Source: Candidatus Palauibacter sp.
GTDB lineage: Bacteria; Gemmatimonadota; Gemmatimonadetes; Palauibacterales; Palauibacteraceae
Reading direction: 5' to 3'
Assembly (NCBI RefSeq): GCF_965213655.1
Contig: NZ_CBDBZT010000003.1
Location: forward strand, 2,637,389-2,701,388
DNA length: 64,000 nucleotides
Shown here: positions 47,264 through 56,700 of the stretch, piece by piece
Layout: each line of letters starts with the position of its first letter
Position numbering within the stretch: position 1 is the first letter of the stretch
Program-made: the position numbers and the translations under genes
The notes under the pieces: generated by a model
Database searches by the model: none
The model's input: only the letters and a program-made list of their open reading frames with translations
Told to the model about the DNA's origin: nothing

Positions 47264-47932
47264 TCAGCCGAAGATGCCGCCCACGATCTCGAGGATCGCC
47301 TCGAACACGCTTGCGGCGGCATCGCCGACGGCGTCGAGTGCGGCCGGCGCCACTTCCGCCGCGGCCGCCACGGCGTGACCCGCCACGTGCGCGCCCACGA
47401 AGACGAGTTCCGGCGCCCAGAAGAGCGTCTCGAACAGGACATCGGCTCCGGTCCCCGCCGTGCGCGCGACGGCTCCGTCGCGTCCCCGCCTCGCGACGAG
47501 CCGGTCCCTCTCCATCTCCCAGATCGCCTCGAGTTCGTGGTGGTCGAACCACACGCCCTTGCACCGTTTGCACACATCGAGCGTGAGCGTGGACTGGCTC
47601 ACCTGCAGCATCCGCGTGTCGCAGGCCGGGCAGTTCAGCTTCGTCTTCGCCCCACACGCGCCGCATTTCGGCGCGTCGCGGTCCACGAACGCGCGGCACG
47701 TATGGCACTGGGCCCGGTGCCGCTCCTCCCGCGCCGGAATCTGTGCCCACAGCGACTCCGGCCGTTCGGAACGAAGGCGCTGCACCTCGCCCAACTCGAA
47801 CCACATCCCGCCGCAGCGGGCGCAGTGGTCGAGCGTCAGCGCGCCCGAGGCGTCTCCGGCCCGGCCCCCCAGAGACGTCTTCTCCATCTTGACCCCGAGA
47901 CAGACGGGGCACGGCCAGCGCGTCTCGCTCAC
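47264..47932 (-). CDS. Double zinc-ribbon protein (two zf-TFIIB-like CPxC...CxxCxGxWFD modules) with hydrophobic Ala-rich C-terminal tail
   Basis: CPVC...CARCGGMWFELGE and CPAC...CKRCKGVWFDHHELE. Confidence 0.6.
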   Translation of the reverse strand: MSETRWPCPVCLGVKMEKTSLGGRAGDASGALTLDHCARCGGMWFELGEVQRLRSERPESLWAQIPAREERHRAQCHTCRAFVDRDAPKCGACGAKTKLNCPACDTRMLQVSQSTLTLDVCKRCKGVWFDHHELEAIWEMERDRLVARRGRDGAVARTAGTGADVLFETLFWAPELVFVGAHVAGHAVAAAAEVAPAALDAVGDAAASVFEAILEIVGGIFG

Positions 47933-47948
47933 GACAACGGCCCTCTCC

Positions 47949-48398
47949 TCACGGCTCCAGCAGCCCGCGCGCGGTTTCCTTCTCCGAGAGATGCCGCACG
48001 TCGTGGAAGGTGTACACGAGCAGGCCCGAATCGGTGATCTCGATGTCGGCCATTTCCCGCGCCATCAGTTCGTTCAGAAGCTCCTCGGCCAGCGTCGTCG
48101 GCACCGCCAGTTCCCCCGCGACCTCGACCGACGTCAGCCGCCCGCCGTGGCGCCCCGCCATCTTCAGGATCTCGGCCTCGAAGGTGTCGCGGCGGAGTTC
48201 TTCCCGCCGGCCTTCGATGCGGCGTCCGACCCCGAAGTGGCGCGCAAGGAGAAAGCCGCCGCCCGCAGCTGGCAGTCCGGCCGCGATGAAGAGCGCGAAC
48301 AGCGTCCTCAGGGCGAACGGATCGCTCGTGCGAAGGAACCCCCAGAAAACGAACAATGCGAGCGCGAGGAGAGCGACGCCTCCCACGAGTTTGCCCAC
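47949..48398 (-). CDS. Membrane protein (2 TM) with C-terminal winged-helix-like soluble domain
   Basis: N-terminal TM pair; C-terminal LTSVEVAGELAVPTTLAEELLNELMAREMADIEI...LLVYTF resembles a wHTH. Confidence 0.45.
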   Translation of the reverse strand: MGKLVGGVALLALALFVFWGFLRTSDPFALRTLFALFIAAGLPAAGGGFLLARHFGVGRRIEGRREELRRDTFEAEILKMAGRHGGRLTSVEVAGELAVPTTLAEELLNELMAREMADIEITDSGLLVYTFHDVRHLSEKETARGLLEP

Positions 48399-48419
48399 AG
48401 CGTCAGCCCCGGGTCGCGC

Positions 48420-49913
48420 TCACGCGGGGTCGCCCTCGTACACGAAGCGTTCGACCGCGCCATGGATCCGCGACACGGTCACGTCGCTGGGCGGGAGCGT
48501 GAACCGACTCACGACCCACGTCACGAGGAAGTTCACCAGCAGTCCCCACACCCCGCCGTGCAGGCCCAGAGGGTGGGGCACGAGGATGAGCGTGAGGCAC
48601 AGCGTGACGAGCCCGGCCCCGATGCCCGCGATCACCCCGGTCTTCGTCGTCAGGCGCCGGCTCGGGAAGCAGACGCCGAGGATCGCCGGCATCAGTTGCA
48701 GCGCCCCCGAACCCGAGAGAGCCACGAGTTGCACGAGCAGATCGAACGTGCTCACGGAGAGGAAGTAGCCGACCGCCAGAAGGGCCACGACGATGAGCCG
48801 GCCGATGAAGATGTAGTGATTCTGGCTCGCGCCCGTTCGAATGTAGCGCTGGTACACATCGCGCGTCAGCACCGTCATGTTCGCGTGCAGCATCGAGTCG
48901 AGCGTGGACATCGCCGCCGCCGTCGCGCCGGCCAGGATCGCACCCGTAAGCCAGGGCGGGGCGTACGCGAAGAGCATCTCCGGGAAGATCCGGTCCGGGA
49001 TCGCGATGTCCGGCATCACGAGCGCGCCGCCCAGCCCGACGAGCGCCGCCGGGATGTAGAGCGTCATGAGATAGATCGGCGTCGTGGCGCCCAGCAGCTT
49101 GATCGTGCGGGCCGAGACCGCCGTGTAGTAGCGGATGAGGAGGTGCGGCTGGAAGATGATCCCGAACGAGAGCACGACGATCATCCCGAACCACATCCCC
49201 GGCGTGAAGAAGCCCTCCGGCCCCGGAAGCGTGAGGAGATCGGGGCGCTGCACCCCGACCTGCCGCCACAACTCGAACGGCCCGCCGAAGAGCTTGAAGG
49301 CGAGCACGAGGGCGCCGGCCCACACGGCGATGTACATCCACACGCCCTGGATCACGTCCGTCCAGTAGACCGCCCGCAGACCCCCCGCGATGAGGTAGCC
49401 CGCGGCGACCACGAGCAGGATCAGCGTCCCCAGTTCGAACGAGATCCGGTCGCCGGACGCGACCGAGAGGATGTAGCCCAGCCCCACCGCCTGGACCTGG
49501 ATGTAGAGGATGGTGAACAGGACCGACACGATGGCGGTCACGATTCGCACCGCATCCGACTCGTAGAAGTCCGCCAGCAGGTCGGCCGGCGTGATGTAGC
49601 CGAACGTCTTCCCCAGCGCCCAGATCCGGCTCCCGAGCACGTAGGTGATCGCCCCGACGAGCACCGTCCACGCGCCCGCCGCCCAGAACCCGATTCCGTG
49701 CGTGTAGAAGAAACCGCCCGAACCGAGGAATGCGAACGCGGAATGGTAGGTGGCGACGACCGTGAGATAGAGGACGATGAACCCGGCCTTGCGTCCGTAG
49801 AGGAGGAAGTCCTCCAGGTCCACGGACATGCGCCGGTTCGCGATCGCCCCCAGCACGATGGTGGCCACGAGATAGACGAAGATGAGACCGGTCGCGACGA
49901 CCCAGGCCTCCAT
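48420..49913 (-). CDS. Sodium:solute symporter (SSS family, VC_2705-like)
   Basis: 13-14 TM; typical SSS N-terminus; ATGA overlap with the upstream small subunit. Confidence 0.85.
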   Translation of the reverse strand: MEAWVVATGLIFVYLVATIVLGAIANRRMSVDLEDFLLYGRKAGFIVLYLTVVATYHSAFAFLGSGGFFYTHGIGFWAAGAWTVLVGAITYVLGSRIWALGKTFGYITPADLLADFYESDAVRIVTAIVSVLFTILYIQVQAVGLGYILSVASGDRISFELGTLILLVVAAGYLIAGGLRAVYWTDVIQGVWMYIAVWAGALVLAFKLFGGPFELWRQVGVQRPDLLTLPGPEGFFTPGMWFGMIVVLSFGIIFQPHLLIRYYTAVSARTIKLLGATTPIYLMTLYIPAALVGLGGALVMPDIAIPDRIFPEMLFAYAPPWLTGAILAGATAAAMSTLDSMLHANMTVLTRDVYQRYIRTGASQNHYIFIGRLIVVALLAVGYFLSVSTFDLLVQLVALSGSGALQLMPAILGVCFPSRRLTTKTGVIAGIGAGLVTLCLTLILVPHPLGLHGGVWGLLVNFLVTWVVSRFTLPPSDVTVSRIHGAVERFVYEGDPA

Positions 49914-50137
49914 CAGAGCCCCCGCCTCTGCACCCGGATCAGAACGCCGATGAGGAGGACGTAGAAGACGAGCAGGTACACGTAGAGGAAGGGCATGCCC
50001 CCGATCCACGGCTCGACGCGGTTGCCGAGCCAGTACACGAGCGGTGGCTGCGTGAACGCGAACAGAACAAGGAAGAGGACGACGAGCCGGCGGCCCGTCG
50101 GCGTTCGCGGCAGGAAGTGGGAACGAAAGCGTGTCAT
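49913..50137 (-). CDS. Small 2-TM protein (DUF4212-like putative symporter small subunit)
   Basis: 74 aa, two TM helices; translationally coupled to the symporter. Confidence 0.55.
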   Translation of the reverse strand: MTRFRSHFLPRTPTGRRLVVLFLVLFAFTQPPLVYWLGNRVEPWIGGMPFLYVYLLVFYVLLIGVLIRVQRRGL

Positions 50138-50216
50138 GCCGTCAAGCTAGTCGGACCTCAGCGCCAGCGGCCAGCCGTCCCACCCGGCTCCGGCCGCGCC
50201 GGGCTCGGCGGTCGGG

Positions 50217-50268
50217 CCCAGCGGTCGAGCCCAGCGGTCGAGCCCAGCGGTCGAGCTCAGCGGCCGGC
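50217..50268. repeat. Intergenic tandem repeat: 13-mer CCCAGCGGTCGAG x3 plus a degenerate 4th unit
   Basis: gggCCCAGCGGTCGAGCCCAGCGGTCGAGCCCAGCGGTCGAGCTCAGCGGCCGG; overlaps the S1 protease stop and lies 80-130 nt upstream of the small-subunit start. Confidence 0.7.
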
Positions 50269-51405
50269 GTCCTCGCCCACGATCGTCACGTCGAAGCGGT
50301 CGAGCACGAGGTCGATCGGGTTCGCGATCGTGAGCCGCCCGTCGCCGGCGAAGAGCAGGGCGACCGGCCGGCGGTCGTCCGGGCCCGCGTTTCCGTCACG
50401 GTCCTGATCGCGCGCCACGATCAGAGAACCCGAGTCGCCGCCCGCGCTGAAGCTGCAGCACACCATGATCTGACCGACAAAGCGGCCCACCTGCGACCCG
50501 GCCGACCCGTAGTTCACGTTGATCGACGCGTTGACCGCCTCCACCTCCCCGACCGTGAGGCGCGTCGTCCGACCGTACTTCTGGACCTGCAGCCCCGGCC
50601 TCGCCGCCATCGTCGTGCTGCGCGGCGACCCATAGCCCCCCACCGGCGTCTCCGGCAGCACCTCGTCCGTGCGCGCGATCGCCGCATCGATCCGGTTGGA
50701 TGCGAACGGCGACAAGGCCACCGGTTCGAACGCGGCCAGCGTGGCGATCGCATCCCCCGGGTCCGAGCCGCCGTCCACGGGGCCCGGCTGCAGGAGATTG
50801 TCGCCCACCTGTCCCTCGCCGCCCGGCACGAACACGTGCCAGTTGCTGAGCGCGTAGCGGCGCTCGCCATCGGTCACGACGGCGCCGATCGTGCCCGCCG
50901 TCGAGCGTGTGTGCCCCGTGGACACGCCCATGGGCACCGGTCGGTCGAAGCGCCCCGTCGGCACCGGGCCTTCGTCCGTCGATACCGGATCGACGCTCTC
51001 GGGCGGCAGGATGCGGAACGGGCCGGCCGGCTCGATGGTGACCGGGAAAAGACCGAGCACCTCCGGGATGCCCGGGAGTCCACGGGGCCCCGGCGACACG
51101 GCCGGATCGACGAAGACCTTGATCGTCGGCATCCCCGCGTCGGTGAAACCGATCCCCACGCCGACCACGCTCGGAACGGCGAAGAGCGTCGATTCGTTGT
51201 CGCTCTGAATCTGCATGGCGGCCGCCAGCAACTCCTGGGCGGAGGCACCCGGGGGCCGCAACGGCGGACGCGCAGGAAGCCGTGGCGGAGGCAGCGTCGG
51301 GGGCCGCGCCGGCCAGGACGTAAGCGTCCAGTGGATGCCGACCCCGACGCAGGTGGTCGCCGCGATCGCGATCGCCAGGATGAGATTCCGGCGCGGCGTC
51401 ATCAT
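50257..51405 (-). CDS. S1-family (chymotrypsin/alpha-lytic-protease-like) serine peptidase with N-terminal membrane anchor and pro-region
   Basis: ALSNWHV (His), GDSGSLIV (Ser) catalytic motifs; GGAAGAGGA SD. Confidence 0.8.
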   Translation of the reverse strand: MMTPRRNLILAIAIAATTCVGVGIHWTLTSWPARPPTLPPPRLPARPPLRPPGASAQELLAAAMQIQSDNESTLFAVPSVVGVGIGFTDAGMPTIKVFVDPAVSPGPRGLPGIPEVLGLFPVTIEPAGPFRILPPESVDPVSTDEGPVPTGRFDRPVPMGVSTGHTRSTAGTIGAVVTDGERRYALSNWHVFVPGGEGQVGDNLLQPGPVDGGSDPGDAIATLAAFEPVALSPFASNRIDAAIARTDEVLPETPVGGYGSPRSTTMAARPGLQVQKYGRTTRLTVGEVEAVNASINVNYGSAGSQVGRFVGQIMVCCSFSAGGDSGSLIVARDQDRDGNAGPDDRRPVALLFAGDGRLTIANPIDLVLDRFDVTIVGEDAGR

Positions 51406-51418
51406 CCGTCCTCTTCCA

Positions 51419-51664
51419 TTATTCGCTGCCGGCCGATGGTCCCGCCGGCCCGTTCGCCTGCGTCCGGAAAGGACCCCCGCCGACCACCCGCACGGGGTGT
51501 CCGTCGTACCGGTCCGGGATCGATTTCCGGGACGAGGACTCCGAAAGGTAGACCTTCAGGCACGGGTCCCCGTTGTCGGCTCCGATGCCCACGGCGGACA
51601 CATCCCTGCGCGAGAGCAGCTTCTCGGCGAGTCGCTGCTGCGCCTCTTCGATCGAGCGTTTCAT
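51419..51664 (-). CDS. Small protein (81 aa) homologous to the N-terminal pro-region of the adjacent S1 peptidase
   Basis: AAGGAGG SD 5 nt before the ATG; VSAVGIGADNGDPCLKVYL...PVRVVGGGPFR aligns with the protease VVGVGIGFTDAGMPTIKVFV...PVTIEPAGPFR. Confidence 0.65.
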   Translation of the reverse strand: MKRSIEEAQQRLAEKLLSRRDVSAVGIGADNGDPCLKVYLSESSSRKSIPDRYDGHPVRVVGGGPFRTQANGPAGPSAGSE

Positions 51665-51744
51665 GCGCCTCCTTACGGGAGCCCCGCTCCCAGGGTGTCG
51701 CCGTGGCGGCACGCCGCCGGGCCGCCGATGGGGGGATCGCCGCT

Positions 51745-53067
51745 TCACGGAGTCACCGCGAGCGGCCGGTGACGGTAGACCACTCCGCCACGCATGACGA
51801 GCACGACATGCTCGAGGGCTCCGATGTCGGACGTCGGATCGCCCGCCACCGCGATCACATCGGCCTCGAACCCCGGCACGAGGGCGCCCACCGTCTCCTC
51901 AAGCTCGAGCGAGGCCGCCGCCAGGCTCGTGGCCGAGACAATGGCCTCCATCGGATCCTGCCCGCCTTCACGCACCCTGTACACCAGTTCCGTCCAATTG
52001 CGCCCGTGCGCTCCGGCTACGGCGTCGGTCCCGAACACGATGTCGAGCCCTTCGACGTCGAGGGCCTCGCGGAAGGCGCCGAGCGCGGTCGGCACCGCTT
52101 GGCGCATCTGACGGAATCCGTCCTCCGTGTAGTTCCCGATGCCGAGGTAACGGTCCTGGTTCGCGAAGTAGTTCTCGAAGATCAGGTGAGTGTGCGGGTC
52201 GTAATAGAGACCGCGTTCGGCCAGGAGTTCGAGCGTCTCGCGATCGAGGAGGGCGCCGTGCTCGATCTGCCGGCATCCCGCGAGGGCCGAGCGCTGCGCG
52301 CTCTCGGGGCCGTGGGCGTGGACCACGGCGCGCAGGCCATGCTCACTCGCCCGGCCACAGGCGGCGTCGAGCTGCTCCTGGCTCAGCGTCGGCGCGCCGC
52401 CGACCCTGATGCTGGCGGACCCGAAGATCTTGATCACGTCCGCGCCCGCCTCCACCAGCGCGTCCACGCGGGCCCGGATCTCCTCCGGCCCGCCGCTCCC
52501 CGCCGTGATGGGCTCGATCGACGTCAGCACGCGCGGTCCCGGCAGCGATCCCCGCGCAATGGCGTCGCGGACCGGCACATCCTCGGGGCCGCCCAGGCTC
52601 TGCACTGTCGTGACACCGCTCGCGAGCATGTTCCAGGCGTTCTCCGCCGCGTAGAGCACGCGGTCCTCCGCCGTGTCCGTCGACTCCGCGCTGTGCAGCC
52701 GCCCCGTTTCCGCGTCGAAGTGCCAACCGAGGTGGACGTGGGTGTCGATGAGCCCCGGCAGCACGGTCGCCCCCGGCAGTTCGTATACCACGGCGCCCGC
52801 CGTGGCCCCCTCCTCGGCGATGGCTTCGATCCGTCCGTCTCGTACCACGAGTTCGCGACCCGTGAGCACGGCGCCGCGTCCGTCGAGGATCCGGTCCGCC
52901 CGGATGACGACGGCGGCGTCCGGACCGGCGGGGTGCAGATCCGAGGCGTCCTGCCCGGCGTCCGTCGAGCACCCGCTCACGACCGGGATCGCGAAAACGG
53001 AGATGGCGGCCGCCCGGGCCATCAGGGCCCTGTGGCCTCGCGTCGCATCAGTGGCGCCTGAGGGCAT
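51745..53067 (-). CDS. Metal-dependent amidohydrolase family protein (lipoprotein)
   Basis: LIDTHVHLGW metal-binding motif; lipobox VVSGCS. Confidence 0.8.
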   Translation of the reverse strand: MPSGATDATRGHRALMARAAAISVFAIPVVSGCSTDAGQDASDLHPAGPDAAVVIRADRILDGRGAVLTGRELVVRDGRIEAIAEEGATAGAVVYELPGATVLPGLIDTHVHLGWHFDAETGRLHSAESTDTAEDRVLYAAENAWNMLASGVTTVQSLGGPEDVPVRDAIARGSLPGPRVLTSIEPITAGSGGPEEIRARVDALVEAGADVIKIFGSASIRVGGAPTLSQEQLDAACGRASEHGLRAVVHAHGPESAQRSALAGCRQIEHGALLDRETLELLAERGLYYDPHTHLIFENYFANQDRYLGIGNYTEDGFRQMRQAVPTALGAFREALDVEGLDIVFGTDAVAGAHGRNWTELVYRVREGGQDPMEAIVSATSLAAASLELEETVGALVPGFEADVIAVAGDPTSDIGALEHVVLVMRGGVVYRHRPLAVTP

Positions 53068-53202
53068 GGCATCCTCCGGAGCGTGAACAGGATCCAGATT
53101 CGGAGTCCCGGAGCGGGAACTTCAGAACACTAGTTGCTCGCGGGCGGCTCAGGTAGGATCACGCGACAGCCGCAGCCCCAGCCGCCAGACCCCGAGGAAC
53201 CC

Positions 53203-53733
53203 ATGATGAACGTGATGAACAACGCCGGCCGTCGGTCGCGTCGTTTCCTGGCTCTCGTTGCCGTCCTCGCTTTCACTATCGCGTCGGCGCTCCCGGCCGC
53301 TCCCCTCGCCGGACAGGATGACGCCCGGGCCGCAGTCTCCGGGGTCCTCGATGCGCTCCACGAGGCGGCCTCGGAGGCCGATTTCGACCGCTACTTCGGC
53401 CTCTACGCCGGCGAGTCCGTCTTCCTCGGCACCGACGCGACCGAGCGCTGGACGCGCGAGGAGTTCATGGACTACACGAAAGCCCGCTTCGACACGGGCA
53501 CGGGCTGGACCTACCACATGCTCGAGCGCCACATCGCCATCGCCCCCGGCGGACGCACCGCCTGGTTCGACGAGCGCCTCGAGAACGCGAACCTCGGCGA
53601 AACGCGCGGCAGCGGCGTACTGGTAATGGAAGACGGGACCTGGAAGATCGCCCAATACAACCTCACGATCCCGATTCCCAACGAGATGGCGCGCGAAGTG
53701 GCCCAGCGGATCCGCGCACTGACGGGCGGCTGA
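53203..53733 (+). CDS. SnoaL-like / NTF2-fold exported protein
   Basis: Signal peptide; NTF2-like length and pattern; GAGGAA SD. Confidence 0.55.
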   Translation: MMNVMNNAGRRSRRFLALVAVLAFTIASALPAAPLAGQDDARAAVSGVLDALHEAASEADFDRYFGLYAGESVFLGTDATERWTREEFMDYTKARFDTGTGWTYHMLERHIAIAPGGRTAWFDERLENANLGETRGSGVLVMEDGTWKIAQYNLTIPIPNEMAREVAQRIRALTGG

Positions 53734-53772
53734 GGCGCCTGCTCGAACGGGACGGTTTCCGCCCGCGGGCTT

Positions 53773-56700
53773 CTACCGGCGAGCGACCAGTGCACCGCCC
53801 GCGTCGATCGTGACCTCCAGCGGCGTCGGCGCATCGAGCGGGGTGACCGTTTCCGAGCCGTCCGGCCAGCGCACCCACACGGCCGTCGGACCGGAGGCCG
53901 GATCCCCGGCGAGCCCCATGACCTGCACCAGGTCATCCTGCGACCAGTAGCCTCCGCCCGCGCGGACCTCGCGCAGCGGGCCCCGCGTCCCGCCGTACTC
54001 CAGCCGGATCGCGGCGCCGATGGCGGCCGGATTCTCCTCGCTCCCCAGGAGTCGGACGCGCAAGCCGGGCTTCGCGCCCGCGTTCCGGTACAGCCTCGTC
54101 CCGGCCCCGTTCTGGCTGACGAGCACGTCCACGCGCCCATCGCCGTCGTAGTCCGCGAACGCCGCGCCGCGCTGCTCGCCGTACACCGTGATGCCCGACC
54201 GCTGTCCCGGGACCGGCGTCAGCGCCCCCGTCCCGTCGCCCCGCAGCCACAGGCCGCGGCCCGCGTCGTTACGCTCCGCCTCGCCGCGCAGCGCGAACAG
54301 GTTCTGGCTCAGGAAGACATCCTCGTGCCCGTCCCCGTCCATGTCGGCCACGCCCACATGAAACGCCGGCGCCAACTGCGCTTCGCGCGGTAGGTCGAAC
54401 GCCTCGAACGACCCCCCGCGGTTGATGAACACCGTGTGCGCCAGCGTCGTCGCCTCGACCGTGGGCAGGAGGTCCGCCGGCTGCTCCAGGATCTCGTTCA
54501 CGCCCAACTGCCCGTAGTGCTCGAACCCCTGGATGCGGTTGCGGAGGAAGGGGAGGCCGCCCGCAAGCGTGAGGAGTCCCCGCACCGGAACCATCGAGCG
54601 CGTGAACTCGTCGTAGCGCGCCTCGATCACGTCGCGGAAGCCGTCGTTGTCCAGATCCGTGTGATAGGCGGTGGCCGGGTGCTCCGGGCTGGCCCGGAAC
54701 TGTGAGTTGAGCCCCCGGTTGGACGCGATGAGGTCGGGTAGCCCGTCCCCGTTCAGGTCGCCCGTCGTCACGCCGTTCCACCACCCGGTGCGGGCCTCGA
54801 GTCCGAAGCCGGCCGTCGCGTCCTCGAATCGCCCCTCGCGATTGAGGAAGAGCCGAACGGGTCCCCACTCGACGGCGAGCATGAGATCCGCGTCTCCGTC
54901 CGCGTCCACGTCGCTGAAGACGGCGCCGGACACGAGACCCACGTCGGTCAGCGCCGTCGCGTTCGACTCGTCGAGCACGTAGCGGCCGCTCTCGTTGAGG
55001 AAGAGGCGGGAGCTCGCCGCGGCCGGATACTGGCCGGGGATCACGCGTCCCCCCACGAAGAGGTCGACGTCGCCGTCCCCGTCGTAGTCGGCGGCTGCGA
55101 GGGGGCCGGTGCTCGACTCGGCCCCCGGAAGACTCTGCGCCGGGGTGAGCGTCGTGCCCGAGGCCGACAGCACCGCGGCCGAGGGTGCTGCCCGGTCGGT
55201 GCCGTCGTACGTCGCGGTGCCGACGACCACCGTGGCGCCGGCCCGGCCGGGGACGATGAGGAGGCCCGTCTGATCGCCCGGGGACGGCGCCGGCCCGGCC
55301 GCCCCGCCCCGCGCCCCCCGGTCCGGCGAGAACCCACCCTCGCCGTCGTTGTGGAAGACCGAGAGGCCGGCCCCGCCGCCGCCGCCGACCAGGGCGTCCG
55401 TGTCCCCGTCACCGTCGATATCGCCCCACGCGACGCCGGGGCCGCCCTGTCCAAGGCGCCACGTGATAAGCGGTTGCTGCGCGAAGTCGTCGAACGCGTT
55501 CTCCCGGTGACGGTGCCCGAGCAGCGCAGACACATCGTCGAACAGGGGCGCTTCCGATTCCGCCTCCCCCGCGGTGGCTCCCGCGGCGGCCCCGGCGGCG
55601 GCTCCCGCGGCGGCCTCCGGTTCGCGGATCTCGTAGATGCGGTTCGCGCGGACACCCTCCACCCGGCTCGTTGCCCCGTCCCGCCACACGACCTCGATCG
55701 TCGCCTCCCCGTCGTCCACGGCGAAGCTGGCCATCGGCTCCGAACCGGAGAGGTACAGGCCTCCCGCGACGACCTCCTTCGTCTGCGCCGGCAACTCGCC
55801 CCCCGACAGACGGACCCGCGCGCCGACGCCCGCCGTGTTGGGTCCCCGGCCGACGAGCCGCACGGCCACCCGCGGCGCCCGTCCCACGTTCCGGTAGACT
55901 CCCGCCGGCGCCAGCAGCCGGTTCGTGACAATGTCCAGATCCCCGTCCCCGTCGAGATCCGCCACGGCCATCCCGTGCGTGATGTCCTCGTCCCCCGCGA
56001 ACCCCCACGCCTCTCCCACCTCCTCGAAGGTCAGGTCGCCGCGGTTGCGGAAGGCGATGTTGGAGAGCCGGAGCGGAGGGAAGCCGAGGATGCGCTGCCG
56101 CCAGTCCATCGACCCCACCCTCTGCACCGCATCCTTGTCCATCGCGTCGTAGAAGTGCCCCGTCCCCACGAGCAGGTCCTCATACCCGTCGAGATCGACG
56201 TCCACGAACGTGCTCCCCCACGACCAGCCGGACGCGTCGAGGCCCGCGAACTGCGCGGTCTCCGCGAAGGTTCCGTCCCCCCGGCTCAGGTAGAGCGTGT
56301 TGCGTGGCTTCTGCGGCCGGTTATCGAGCCGCCCCGCGAACTGCGGATCGGCCTCGCCCCCCACCATCTGCTTCATGCGCAGCCGCTGCTCCCGGCTCAG
56401 CATCTCCACGACGAAGAAGTCCGTGAACCCGTCCCGGTCCACATCTGAAAAATCCACGCCCATGGAGGCGAAGCTCGTGCTCCGCATGGCCAGCGGCGCG
56501 AGCATCCGGAAATGCCCGGCCCCGTCGTTGATCCAGATGTGGTCGGGGCTGTGGAAGTCGTTGCAGACGTAGAGGTCGGGATCCCCGTCCCCGTCCATGT
56601 CCTGGAAACGGGCTGCGAGTCCCCACTCCAACGGCTCGGATTCCAGCGGCCGGCCCTCCTCGTCGAGGAACGCGCCCTCGGTCCACGGCACCGGCGTGAA

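Noticed and set aside
47460-53061. 834-aa and 976-aa plus-strand ORFs
   Set aside because: They lie opposite the SSS symporter, S1 protease and amidohydrolase, which have clear TM topology and catalytic motifs; the translations are extreme R/E/D/H-rich low complexity.
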